This document shows positions 1 through 13,564 of a stretch of DNA of 64,000 nucleotides, piece by piece. This DNA is from Eledone cirrhosa (lineage: Eukaryota): assembly GCA_964016885.1 (NCBI GenBank), contig OZ024745.1, forward strand, positions 88,474,001-88,538,000, written 5' to 3'. The number at the start of each line of letters is the position of its first letter. The stretch's first letter is position 1. The position numbers and the translations under genes were made by a program. The notes below the pieces were generated by a model. The model was not told the DNA's origin. It searched no databases and saw only the letters and a program-made list of their open reading frames with translations.

Positions 1-579
1 ATTTTCAACTAGATGCCCACAAGTAATCGTAAGCAGCATAATTAAATTATACAATACGAATTGCGTTAGGAACATATGAATGCAATAACTACTTTTGGGT
101 ATACTACACTGTACAAATAAATTATATAGATTACCTGCTTTTCGAATTAACTTAAATAATTCTGATTAAAATTTCATCATACGAAGGCACCAACAATCAT
201 ATTATATCACTTACAGCGGACCTTCCATATTCCCCAATACACAAAGACTTAGAAATCAAATGCCGTGTACGTATCTAAAAACTACTTTCTTCTCAGGCAT
301 TTTATGTTAAGGAGAATTAGTGAAAACTTTTAATATACTTTATATGTAACAATAATCAGCATTCTGTTTTGAATTAATTAAATCTTGTTTTGCTCTAGAA
401 TAGTGAAATTTTGACGAAGTACAACATATAAGTTCCATTAGTGCATAGTATCAATAGGTTTATATCATGTAAAGTATTATCAGTTTGTTAAGTCAATGCT
501 GAAATTTAACTTATGGTAATGATTCACTGGAATACTATCGGCTATGGTTCGACTGAATCAACTGATCTCATTTGAACTT

Positions 580-790
580 CGGTAGGTAAAGAGCCCCAAA
601 TTGAAGATCTCCGAAATTTTAGTTACAATCCTTTACGGTTTGAGTTCAAATCCCGCTGAGGTTAACTTTGCCTTTCATCCTTACGAGGTCGATACAATAA
701 AGCACCAGTAACGTACTGGGATCGATTTAATCGACTTTCCCCTCACCCCAAAATTACTGGCCTTGTGCCTATACTAGAAATCATTATTTA
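580..790 (+). mobile_element. tRNA-derived SINE, diverged head
   Basis: B box GAGTTCAAATCC; body gaggttaactttgcctttcatccttacgaggtcgata and tail ggccttgtgccta..tagaaa+(ATT) are shared with five other copies in the window. Confidence 0.85.
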
Positions 791-1202
791 AATAGTTTCC
801 ACAGTAACCTTATGAACAGCCAATGCGTATTTTCATGTTTATAATAGTGATATAACTATGTAACGGAAAGTTTATAATATTGATATAACTATGTAATTAT
901 GTAACCCACTTGTAACGGAATTAGATTTTTGCTGGACAGAATTTAATTTTTTATAATGAAAATTAGAAAAATAATTTAGAAACATTCTAAATTTAAAAAA
1001 AATTCTTTCTTTATATTTTGAAATACATAAACATATTAAACAAAACTTCATAATATTTATTTAGTTGCAAATTATAGTTGCTAATCTCTTCAAAGATGTA
1101 TAAATTAAACATATGACTAGTGTATTTCCATAAATCGATACACATTAATAAATAATCTTAAATATCAGTTAAAATACTGAGTAAGTAGATTAAATTATAA
1201 AA

Positions 1203-1409
1203 ATGGTTTCTTATATAGGCACAAGGTCAGCATTTTTAGGGGAGCGGAAAGTCGATTAAATCAACCCTAGTACTTTATTTTATCGATCCCGTAAGGATGA
1301 AAGACAAAGTTAACCTCGGCGGGATTTGAACTTAGATCATAAAGGGCCGTAACTCTATGCTAGAAAGCATGGCGTCCGATACTCTACCGATACTGCCAAT
1401 CCATTGCCC
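1203..1409 (-). mobile_element. tRNA-derived SINE, full length, with TSD
   Basis: A-box-like TGGCAGTATCGG and B-box-like AAGTTCAAATCC on minus strand; 15-bp TSD tagattaaattataa at 1186-1200 and 1410-1424. Confidence 0.9.
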
Positions 1410-2055
1410 TAGATTAAATTATAATAATACTAATACTCGTGCACAAGTATGTGCACACAGAACCAATCATATATGAACGCTTTCATTTGAACACGGACAA
1501 ATACACTTGATCACAATATATTTATTTCCATCTTCATCATTGATTTACTTCAGTAAAATCTAATTTTTCTTCTGAAAATGTCCTCAGAGGTTTTAAGTTT
1601 TAAAATAACATAACATGTTGCCCTTTTTTCTGTGTCCATAAAATCGTTTGAGTTTTGTACTGCAAACTAAAGAAACACTCATCGATACCAGAGTTATCCG
1701 CAATTAGTATCACACTCGAAGGCTTCGAATAATACACAAAAGAGGTAAGTTGATAGCCAGAGGTTATTTTTCTGTATATATACTTTCTACTTATAAATTT
1801 CCTACTGAAGAATTGAAAAATACAATCGAACTGTGTAAAAAATACAATCGAAATGTGTAAAAAATTTCAAAAGAATGAAAAAGCTTTGGAATATGTCAGC
1901 CATGAAGCTACAAGAACGATAAATAGATATCAAACGAGATTACATGAAACCTACCCCTTTAGAATATATGTAATTGCATGACTGAGAAAAGGGAAATGAT
2001 TTTAGCTAATGTTCAATGAGAGTGATTAATAACAGGTTTAATATTTCAAAAGTGT

Positions 2056-2195
2056 TTTTGATGTGAGTTGACAGGTTAAATTTGACTTTAATCCTTACAG
2101 GGTCGATAAAATAAAGTACCAGTAAGGAACTGAGGTCAATTTAATCGACTTCCCCCTTCCCCAAAATGATTGGGCTTGCGCCTAAATTAGAAACC
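2056..2195 (+). mobile_element. 5'-truncated SINE with TSD
   Basis: SINE body and tail only; 16-bp TSD aatatttcaaaagtgt at 2040-2055 and 2196-2211. Confidence 0.85.
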
Positions 2196-2679
2196 AATAT
2201 TTCAAAAGTGTATAATTAAACCAGTTTTTCTAAATCGACCTCTTCATTATCACCCAGCTTAAATGATATAACAACAAATAGTATCCATATTTTTCAAGGA
2301 TTTTTTATCATTGAGGAGAAGTAGAAACTTTGTGAACAAAGAGGACTAATGTAGTCTCAATAACATATTATTTGTTAGTTTTTTTTTATTAGTTTTCTTA
2401 TCGTCTGTATAATTAGAATATACTATACAAAATGGTGATGACTGTTCTATAAAGTACTTTTCCAATGAATTATATCTATCAAGGATTTAAATGTTAAGAA
2501 TAATGGGAAAATAAAATAAAATAAAAAAATATTTTTAATATTTCTATTCGCCAGAATTATTTATTAATACATATATATTTAATAAAAATTAGATATATTC
2601 ATGAATAAAATATAATGTATATTTTCCCATCAAATTATTAGAATATGAACATGCAAATAGAGATATATATATATATATA

Positions 2680-3650
<971 letters not shown>

Positions 3651-3910
3651 AGAGAAAGAGAGAAAGAGAGAGTGAGAGAGAGACATAGGTATTGAGTAAG
3701 TATATTTCAAATGAACAAGGAGAGTGAGACAAATACAACGTACTCTTGAAAATATACTCATGTGAGGCAAACATCTTTTCTTCCGTAAATCTTCGTAAAT
3801 TCTTCGTAAATTGAACATATACACATGAACAGATGCTATACACGCACACACACGCGCGCACACAGGGACACGCGCGCTCGCGTGCGCATACATACATACA
3901 TACATACATT

Positions 3911-3955
<45 letters not shown>

Positions 3956-3962
3956 TTAACAT

Positions 3963-4100
3963 AGAAATGGCTTCCTGATGATTTCTCCCGAATGAAATAG
4001 TTCTAGTCCAGTAGAAGTCATTTCTGTATTAAATATTTATACTCTGCTATGTATTGAGTACCTTACTTACTGTGGTTACCCCCGATTAACCCGGGATAAA
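3963..4100 (+). mobile_element. Solo PLE terminus with type I hammerhead (3963-4025)
   Basis: 12-bp stem I agaaatggcttc/gaagtcatttct, CTGATGA, GAAA, GTA site; homologous to the Naiad termini at 52293, 54577 and 60400; TA-flanked. Confidence 0.75.
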
Positions 4101-5024
4101 TATATATATATATATACGGCACTTGCTCTTGCAAAGGGTTGTTTCGTCTTTAGTTGTGACGCACTATTTACTTCATAGAAGTTTACACATTTCATTGATG
4201 TAGTTATGTTAGAATTATAATTGCTTGTTCTGTTTTTCTATTTACTATTTATCTTCAACAATAGTCCAATCAAAATCTCTGTCAGAAAATTAAAAGCAAA
4301 TTTCCGATATTTGTATTAACGTTCATAAACTACATGCTAAGACTCCTGACACCTCTAACGAGATTGGCATAGATTTCCTTTTTTTAAAATGTTCTTCATC
4401 TTCTTTAATAGCATTTATCGTCACGATTAATACGGTTTTATTTGTTTAGAAAGCACGTTAGCTATTTTGAATGTGAATCTCAAATGCAGTAGGTGTTTTT
4501 GTTATTTATAATTGTGAAGAAAAAAGATTAAATAATTAATAATATATAATGGCCTTTGTATTATTACAGAATATCGCTGCTTTTAAATATAATTTCAAAT
4601 GAAGCGTTTATGACACTAGCTTTTAACATTTTTCATAACTTATTTGTTTATACTAACCTCATGTATATTAAAAGTTAAAGAGAAATGAATTGTTTTGCTA
4701 AACCAAAGGTTCTCAACCCATTTCGGCCAAACGCCCCCTTTCCTCCTCAAAATTACGACCCCCCCTACCCTATTTTTCCATTTTTCAATATACTACTGAT
4801 TTTGATATCAATAGATTACTGGGCCAAATCAAGTTATGTTAGAATCTTCAAAAAGATCTTTAAAAAATACTCGTACGAATTAAATACAAAAAAGTTTCAG
4901 TCCCAAATAAAAGCAAGCTATTTCAAATTATATATTTTTGAAAAAAAATACTTGAACGTTCTCAAAGATTTGATCTCAGTCGAAAAAGCTTTTTTTTTAA
5001 ATTCTATATTTCACTGCTAGCTAG

Positions 5025-5590
5025 GATCTCTCAGTGTAACTTATATTGGGTGTGGTTGTCTTATAGACTCTAGATATAAGCTGAAAGTGACGTCATATTC
5101 TTTCTTAAAGGTTTAAGAATAGAATGGGTATGCATGTAAAGACGCTGCTTGAATCTATTGACGTTTAACCCTATGTATGCCCTACAGGATGTGGGTGTTA
5201 CAACCTTACATTTGTAGTCAATGTTACTAGAGAGGCATTTCCAGGATAGGCGGCAGTAAGCCCAATTCCTGCAATTAGAGTTAGTACTAGTGTTGCACGT
5301 GTTCCTACGGCTAGGTAATTTAGCTAAAGTTAGTGCAAGGTTAGGAGTCGTAGAGTAATTTTAATGGTATTTCTATTAAAAATGTTACTATATTTATGTT
5401 CTGGGGAGAAAAGCTTCATAATAAAGGAGAGAAACATCTTAGCTAATGGTGTGGCCACCTCCATATTATATCATGGGTTATACCATATAATGCATCGGGA
5501 ACTATTTTTCCTAGGTCTATTCTCATACTCTGTATATGTTACCTTATTGACAAATCCACTCCGAGCAATTAATGGATGCATCTAGCAAGA
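5025..5590 (-). pseudogene. Decayed Naiad-type PLE fragment, inverted relative of 2690-3064
   Basis: Reverse complement aligns with 2690-3064 (aaatgcctctctagtaacattg, aatagattcaagcagcgtctttacatgca) and encodes IIWYNP. Confidence 0.8.
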
Positions 5591-5970
5591 GAACAGAAGT
5601 TTCATGACTGTTCCCTCCTATACATATTCCAAGTATTTTCTTCAGCACAGAAACTGCAGACGTTGCAGTATTTCATTATTGTTGACGCAGGTGTTACCGT
5701 AACCACTACAATAAATGGTCTGTCGAAAGTGTTTGCAGTTTGAAGAAGTTTGATTCCTGAATCCCGTCAAACAATATGGGTCGAGAAATGGCAACGCAGC
5801 GGATTTTATTGCGGCAAACACTTGTGTGATATAAATGACACATTGTAAATATTTGAAGCCAAGAGGTAACTATAAGTTAAAAGCTGAAGGTGGCCAAAAG
5901 CCACGAATAACACAGGATACAAGTAGGAGAATTTCCTTCAGTGTGCAGTTATATATACATATACATATAA

Positions 5971-6045
<75 letters not shown>

Positions 6046-6362
6046 TTCATATATGTATATATATATATCTATATATACAGATGTACATATACAAATCAAG
6101 AGTAAACCAATCTTAAAGAGAGAGATGGAGATAGGAAAGCAGAAGAGAGATTGGTGAATTAGTTAGAAGCCTAAAGCGTAAAGGCATGTGCTCAATGTGC
6201 AATATTCAGTGGAAGGCAGCTAGATGGGTGGGTTCATGCAGAGATTAGGTGCACAGAGCTGGAAATATTCATTCGTTAAACAAATCAAAACCACAAATTT
6301 CACAAGGAGGACATTATTCAAAGATTGTCAACATAGTTGTAGTTTAATGTAAGGAATGTAAG

Positions 6363-6420
<58 letters not shown>

Positions 6421-6426
<6 letters not shown>

Positions 6427-8847
6427 CCCAGCAAATGGAAATCCCCAGGAAAAGACAAAATACAAAACTTTTGGATAAATGCCTTCACAGAGGCTCATGA
6501 GCTGTTAGCCCAACTTTACAATGAAATAGTTAAGGAGCCAGAAAAGATACCATCATGGCTAGTTAACGGCATTACATTCCTGCTACCGAAGAATGATGAG
6601 ACAAACAATCCCAAAAATTACAGACCGATAACCTGCTTGACCACAATGTATAAAATGTTAACATCAGTCCTAACTGAATGCACATATGACCACCTGATAA
6701 CAAATGACCTATTTCCCATTGAGCAGAAAGGGTGTAAACGAGGCTCATATGGCTGTAAGGATCAGCTTCTGGTTAACAAAATGATACTGGAAGATTGTCA
6801 TGATAGACACAAAAATCTATCGATTGCTTGGATATATTATAAAAAAAGCATTCGATAGTTTGCCACACAGTTGGATTGAAAAATGTTTAGAGATTTTCAA
6901 AATATCCCCCGTTGTCAGGAGGTTTTTGTCATTCAGTATGAGGACATGGAGAACGACACTCCTTTTGAATAGTGAAACAAAATCACTGGAAGCTGGAGGA
7001 GTTAACATTAATTGTGGAATTTTTCAGGGTGACTCTTTATCACCGCTTTTATTCTGCATCGCACTTATACCATTAAGTAAAATGCTCAATGAAACAAAAC
7101 ATGGATATAGAGTCTATGACAAGACCATTAATAACCTGTTCTACATGGATGACCTGAAACTATTTGCAAAAAATGATGAACAATTGCAAGTGCTATTATC
7201 CACTGTGAAGCAGTTCAGTGATGACATTAAAATGGAGTTTGGACTGGATAGATGCGCCAAAGCAACGTTCACCAGAGGAAAGCTGCTGAAGAGTTCAGAC
7301 ATTAATCTTGATCGGGGGAACGTGATAAGAGAGCTTGATCAAGAAAAAACTTACAAATATCTAGGTGTTTGTGAAGGAGACGGAATCAAGCACTCGACAA
7401 TGAGGGAAAGGATAAGGAAGGAATGTTACCGCAGAGTCAGAGCAATCTTAAGAACGGAATTGAATGCAAGGAATAGGATCGATGCCATAAACACGCTTGC
7501 CATACCAGTAGTAACCTACAGTTACAATGTCATCAACTGGTCAAGCACAGAGATCCGTAGGCTCGATACAAAAATCCGAAAATTCTTAACCATGCACAGA
7601 ATGCATCACCCTAAGGCAGACATAGATAGAATATATCTCCCTAGGAAAGAAGGAGGACGTGGGTTAATCCAGTTAGACATTGCGTTGAAAACTGCAACAA
7701 TTGGATTATCTACATATCTCTGAGAATCACATGATTGGATGATCAAACTCGTTTTGAAACACGAAAGCATCAAAAGATCATACTCCATTACAAAAGATGC
7801 ACAAAGATACAGTAATGGACTACAAATTTCAGAAGTCCCATTTACTGCTGAAATGGAAAACACAGAAAAAGCAAAGCAGGTAAAAGTAACTGCAAAGAAA
7901 GAACTGCTACAGAAACTGGCTAAGAAATGGCAAGAAAAGCCTCTGTATGGAAAATACCCAGAGCGAGTTAACAATCCTGATGTTGACAAAACTTTAACCC
8001 ATCAGTGGTTGGCATCCTCTGGACTGAAATCGGAGACTGAAGGACTGATTATATCGTCACAAGATCAGTGTCTGCCAACAAAAAATTACCAAGCCAACAT
8101 AATAAAAAATGGATGCAGCCCATTATGCCGTGTATGCAAAAAACAACCAGAGATCATTGACCATATAATTTCAATGTGCAGTCCTATAGCTCCAACCGAA
8201 TACCTAAACAGGCATGACAGAGCTGCACAATACATACATTGGATAATGTGTAAGCATTTTGACCTGCCCCATCAAAAGAATTGGTGTGAGCATCAACCAC
8301 CTCCCATACTTGAAAAAGATCACATCTCAATCTTGTGGAACTTTAGCATCCAAACAGACCGAAAAATAGATGCAAATAGACCTGATATAATATTGAAGGA
8401 CTTTCAAAGGAGGGTATGCTTGCTAATTGATATGTCTGTTCCAATAGACAAGAATGTATCTATAAAAACATTTGAAAAATTGAACAAGTATAAGGATCTG
8501 GAGATAGAAATTGGAAAAATGTGGAAATTGAGAACTAAAACAATACCAGTGGTTGTAGGCGCTCTGGGAATGATACCTAAGGGGTCTAACGACTACTTAT
8601 CGCAAATCCCAGGAAACCCGCGTATAGGAGAAATACAAAAGATAGTACTAATGGGAACTGCCCATATACTAAGGAAGATCCTGTCAATATAAATACATCA
8701 CAAGTCTAAACACTAAGGATGCATGTGTGAATATGTATGTTCTTTCTTGAAGATGGCGGACCTTGTTGTCTCTTGAGGTCACTGGTTGTGACTTGGTGAT
8801 AACTCGTATAAACATAAAGAAAGATAAATGCAAATAATAATAATAAT
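6421..8847 (+). mobile_element. R4/Dong-like RLE non-LTR retrotransposon, family A, 5'-truncated
   Basis: RT (GIFQGDSLSP, YMDD), CCHC knuckle, RHD motif, RPD..D..K..KY restriction-like endonuclease; one frameshift and one stop; (TAA)n at both ends. Confidence 0.92.
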
Positions 8848-9027
8848 TGTTTCTACTTTTGGCACAAGGCCAGTAATTACCCAGTGCATTACTGGTACTT
8901 TATTTTATCGACCCCGTAAGGATGAAAGGCAAAGTTAACCTCGGCGGGATTTGAACTCAGAATGGCAAGGGCCGTAACTATGCGTCAAAGCATGGCGTCC
9001 GACTCTCTACCGATACTGCCAATCCAA
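8848..9027 (-). mobile_element. tRNA-derived SINE adjoining the TAA tail of a Dong copy
   Basis: A and B boxes and SINE body on minus strand. Confidence 0.88.
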
Positions 9028-9029
9028 TA

Positions 9030-10131
9030 ACACGAAAGCATCAAAGGTTCATACTCCATTACAAAGGATGCACAAAGATACAATAATGGACTACATATTT
9101 CAGAACTCCCATTTACTGCTGAAATGGAAAACACAGAAAAAGCAAAGCAGGTAAAAGTAACTGCAAAGAAAGAACTGCTACAGAAACTGGCTAAGAAATG
9201 GCAAGAAAAGCCTCTGTATGGAAAATACCCAGAACGAGCTAACAATCCTGATGTTGACAAAACTTTAACCCATCAGTGGTTGGCATCCTCTGGACTGAAA
9301 TCGGAGACTGAAGGACTGATTATTTCAGCACAAGATCAGTGTCTGCCAACAAAAAATTACCAAGCCAACATAATAAAAAATGGATGCAGCTCATTATGCC
9401 GTGTATGTAAAAAACAACCAGAGACCATTGACCATATAATTTCAATGTGCAGTCCTATAGGTCCAACCGAATACCTAAACAGGCATGACAGAGCTGCACA
9501 ATACATACATTGGATAATGTGTAAGCATTTTGACCTGCCCCATCAAAAGAATTGGTGGGAGCATCAACCACCTCCCATACTTGAAAAAGCTCACATCTCA
9601 ATCTTGTGGAACTTTAGCATCCAAACAGACCGAAAAATAGATGCAAATAGACCTGATATAATATTGAAGTACTTCAAAAAGAGGGTATGCCTGCTAATTG
9701 ATATGTCCGTTCCAATAGACAAGAATGTATCTATAAAAACATTTGAAAAATTGAGCAAGTATAAGGACCTGGAGATAGAAATTGGAAAAATGTGGAAATT
9801 GAGAACTAAAACAATACCAGTGGTTGTAGGCGCTCTAGGAATGATACCTAAGGGGTCTAATGATTACTTATCGCAAATCCCAGGAAACCCGCGTATAGGA
9901 GAAATACAAAAGATAGTACTAATGGGAACTGCCCATATACTAAGGAAGATCCTGTCAATATAAGTACATCAGAAGTCTAAACACTAAAGATGCATGTGTG
10001 AGTATGTATGTTCTTTTTTGAACATGGCGGACCTTGTTGTCTCTTGAGGTCACTGGTTGTGACTTGGTGATAACTCGTATGAACATAAAGCAAGATAAAT
10101 GCAGCTGTAATAATAATAATAATAATAATAA
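9030..10131 (+). mobile_element. R4/Dong-like family A, 3' 1.1 kb
   Basis: ORF 9124-9963 with CCHC and RLE; same 3' UTR as other family A copies; (TAA)n tail. Confidence 0.92.
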
Positions 10132-10132
10132 T

Positions 10133-10959
10133 GCTTTCTTTATTAACCACAAGGGTTTACATAAAGTAGACATTAAGGACAGTACAGGACGGTAAAATGG
10201 GCATTTCTGCGTGTGAAAAAAAACAAAGGATGTAATAAAAAAAATAACAATGAAAAATTCCCCAATAAGGAGGAGACTTCCGAGGGACATTTGTGGAGAA
10301 AGCCCATTAAAAGGCCACAGTGACCCTGACCACCAGGGCAAGTGCCCTCTCCTAGTTTTCCACCTTTAATTTACAGACACATACATTCACTCGCGCCATA
10401 CTTGCTTCTCTCACCCATATTTCAACTAAATGCTGGGAAGAGAGCACTTCCCTCTCTACCCTGATTTTCATTTTCAAATGAAATTTGAAAAAGTTAATCA
10501 GGGCATCACCGAAGAAGTAAGTGCTCGTCTGCAGCCCTTTCAAACGTGTCCACCATACTATCTCTTTCGCCATGGCCACCAGACAGATAAAAACTGCCTG
10601 CCCTCTCCGGCTAAAGGAAGAGGGCGGGGCTATCCTCACGATGGACTCAGCTGATAGACGGATTCGTCCTACACGCGACAGCAGGTGTTCGACATAAACC
10701 CACAAGTCAGCAATTCTCGGACACTGGACGAGTGCGTGCAGGACGGTTTCGTCGCCCTGCGCGCATCTCGGACATGCCCGGCTGACGGCACCTCCATGTC
10801 TGTAGAGTTTATCCCGAACTGGCAAGGCTCATCGGTAGCACTGCCAGGCCAGGGATTTCTGGAAGTTGTCCATAGGCCCCGGCCACAAAGTTCTTCCGAA
10901 GAGATTGGATAGTTGATTTTCGTCGAGGCGTAGAGTTTCCCCAAGTACGTCGACGCCCT

Positions 10960-10960
<1 letters not shown>
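10133..10960 (-). mobile_element. L1/Tx1-like LINE 3' fragment (C-terminal CCHC/zf-RVT region)
   Basis: LPVRDKLYRHG..CPRCAQGDETVLHALVQC; AATAAA then (ATT)n tail on minus strand; GC-richer than flanks. Confidence 0.75.
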
Positions 10961-10997
<37 letters not shown>

Positions 10998-10999
<2 letters not shown>

Positions 11000-12938
11000 T
11001 CTTCATTCAGTATGAAGACATGGAAAACGACACTCCTTTTGAATAGTGAAACAAAATCACTGGAAGCTGGAGAAGTTAATATTAATTGTGGAATTTTTCA
11101 GGGTGACTCTTTATAAACCGCTTTTATTCTGCATCGCACTTATACCATTAAGTAAAATGCTCAATGAAACAAAACATGGATATAAAGTCTATGACAAAAC
11201 CATTAATCACTTGTTCTACATGGATGACCTGAAACTATTTGCAAAAAATGCTGAACAATTGCAAGGGTTATTATCCACTGTGAAGCAGTTCAGTGATGAC
11301 ATTAAAATGGAGTTTGGACTAGATAAATGCGCCAAAGCAACGTTCACCAGAGGAAAGCTGCTGAAGAGTTCAGACATTAATCTTGATCGGGGGAACGTGA
11401 TAAGAGAACTTGATCAAGAAAAAACTTACAAATATCTAGGTGTTTGTGAAGGAGACGGAATCAAGCACTCGACAATGAGGGAAAGGATAAGGAAGGAATG
11501 TTACCGCAGAGTCAGAGCAATCTTAAGAACGGAATTGAATGCAAGGAATAGGATCGATGCCATAAACACGCTTGCCATACCAGTAGTAATCTACAGTTAC
11601 AATGTCATCAACTGGTCAAGCACAGAGATCCGTAGGCTCGATACAAAAATTCGAAAATTCTTAACCATGCACAGAATGCATCACCCTAAAGCAGATATAG
11701 ATAGAATATATCTCCCTAGGAAAGAAGGAGGACGTGGGTTAATCCAGTTAGACATTGCGTTGAAAACTGCAACAATTGGATTATCTACATATCTCAGAGA
11801 ATCACATGATTGGATGATCAAACTCGTTTTGAAACACGAAAGCATCAAAAGATCATACTCCATTACAAAAGATGCACAAAGATACAGTAATGGACTACAC
11901 ATTTCAGAAGTCCCATTTACTGCTGAAATGGAAAACACAGAAAAAGCAAAGCAGGTAAAAGTAACTGCAAAGAAAGAACTGCTACAGAAACTGGCTAAGA
12001 AATGGCAAGAAAAGCCTCTGTATGGAAAATACCCAGAGTAAGCTAACAATCCTGATGTTGACAAAACTTTAACCCATCAGTGGTTCGCATCATCTGGACT
12101 GAAATGGGAGACTGAAGGACTGATTATATCAGCACAAGATCAGTGTGTGCCAACAAAAAATTACCAAGCCAACATAATAAAAAATGGGTGCAGCCCATTA
12201 TGCCATGTATGCAAAAAACAACCAGAGACCATTGACCATATAATTTAAATGTGCAGTCCTATAGCTCCAACCGAATACCTAAACAGGCATGACAGAGCTG
12301 CACAATACATACATTGGATAATGTGTAAGCATTTTGACCTGCCCCATCAAAAGAATTGGTGGGAGCATCAACCACCTCCCATACTTGAAAAAGATCACAT
12401 CTCAATCTTGTGGAACTTTAGCATCCAAACAGACCGAACAATAGATGCAAACAGACCTGATATAATATTGAAAGACTTTCAAAAGAGGGTATGCCTGCTA
12501 ATTGATATGTCTGTTCCAATAGACAAGAATGTATCTATAAAAACATTTGAAAAATTGAGCAAGTATAAGGACCTGGAGATAGAAATTGGAAAAATGTGGA
12601 AATTGAGAACTAAAACAATACCAGTGGTTGTAGGCGCTCTAGGAATGATACCTAAGGGGTCTAATGATTACATATCGCAAATCCCAGGAAACCCGCGTAT
12701 AGGAGAAATACAAAAGATAGTACTAATGGGAACTGCCCATATACTAAGGAAGATTCTGTCAATATAAGTACATCACAAGTCTAAACACTAAAGATGCATG
12801 TGTGAATATGTATGTTCTTTCTTGAACATGGCGGACCTTGTTGTCTCTTGAGGTCACTGGTTGTGACTTGGTGATAACTCGTATGAACATAAAGCAAGAT
12901 AAATGCAACTGTAATAATAATAATAATAATAATAATAA
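10998..12938 (+). mobile_element. R4/Dong-like family A, 5'-truncated
   Basis: YMDD RT to RLE with stops; (TAA)n at both ends. Confidence 0.92.
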
Positions 12939-12940
12939 TG

Positions 12941-13215
12941 ACTAAACGACTACAGATTATTATTTCACCCCCAAACCACCACCACTACCACGATGAAAAC
13001 TCTGGTCAAATCGACTCAAATTTATACCCCAACTACAACACCATCACTACAGTAATACGACCACATCACCACCACTACTAAACGACTACAGATTATTATT
13101 TCACCACCAATACCACCACCACTACCACGATGAAAACTCTGGTCAAATCGACTCAAATGTATACCCCAACTACAACACCATCACTACAGTAATACGACCA
13201 CATCACCACCACCAC
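12941..13215. repeat. Tandem duplication, about 136 bp x2
   Basis: actaaacgactacagattattatttcacc begins at 12941 and 13077. Confidence 0.85.
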
Positions 13216-13564
13216 TGCCTCAGTATCGCTACCGCCGCTATTCTCTCCCACTACCTCCTGCTAGTTGCTGCTAGCACAGCACCGCCACCACATTGTAGAA
13301 TTCCTACTAAAAAAGAGGAAGGCATCAAAATATATAAATAGACTCAAAATAAAAAAACAAAAATTAAAATCAAAGCAGCACAGCAACAACAACAAAAAAA
13401 AACAAAAAAAAAACGTAAAGAAACTAAGAATGAAGAGAGAAACAAACGGACGGACAGAGAAAGGAAGGGAAAAACTAAGTAGGACATTCGAACACTACAT
13501 TACAATGAAACTTATGCTTATTCATTTTGGGGTTTTTTCTGCATGTTTGTTAGTTTGTTTATTT

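Noticed and set aside
1650-1750. Possible host exon ending in AG/gtaagt (similar donors at 33813)
   Set aside because: There is no supportable ORF or partner exon; transcript data would be needed.
4700-4780. hAT/Charlie-like terminal repeat (caaaggttctcaacc)
   Set aside because: I found no matching second terminus or TSD.
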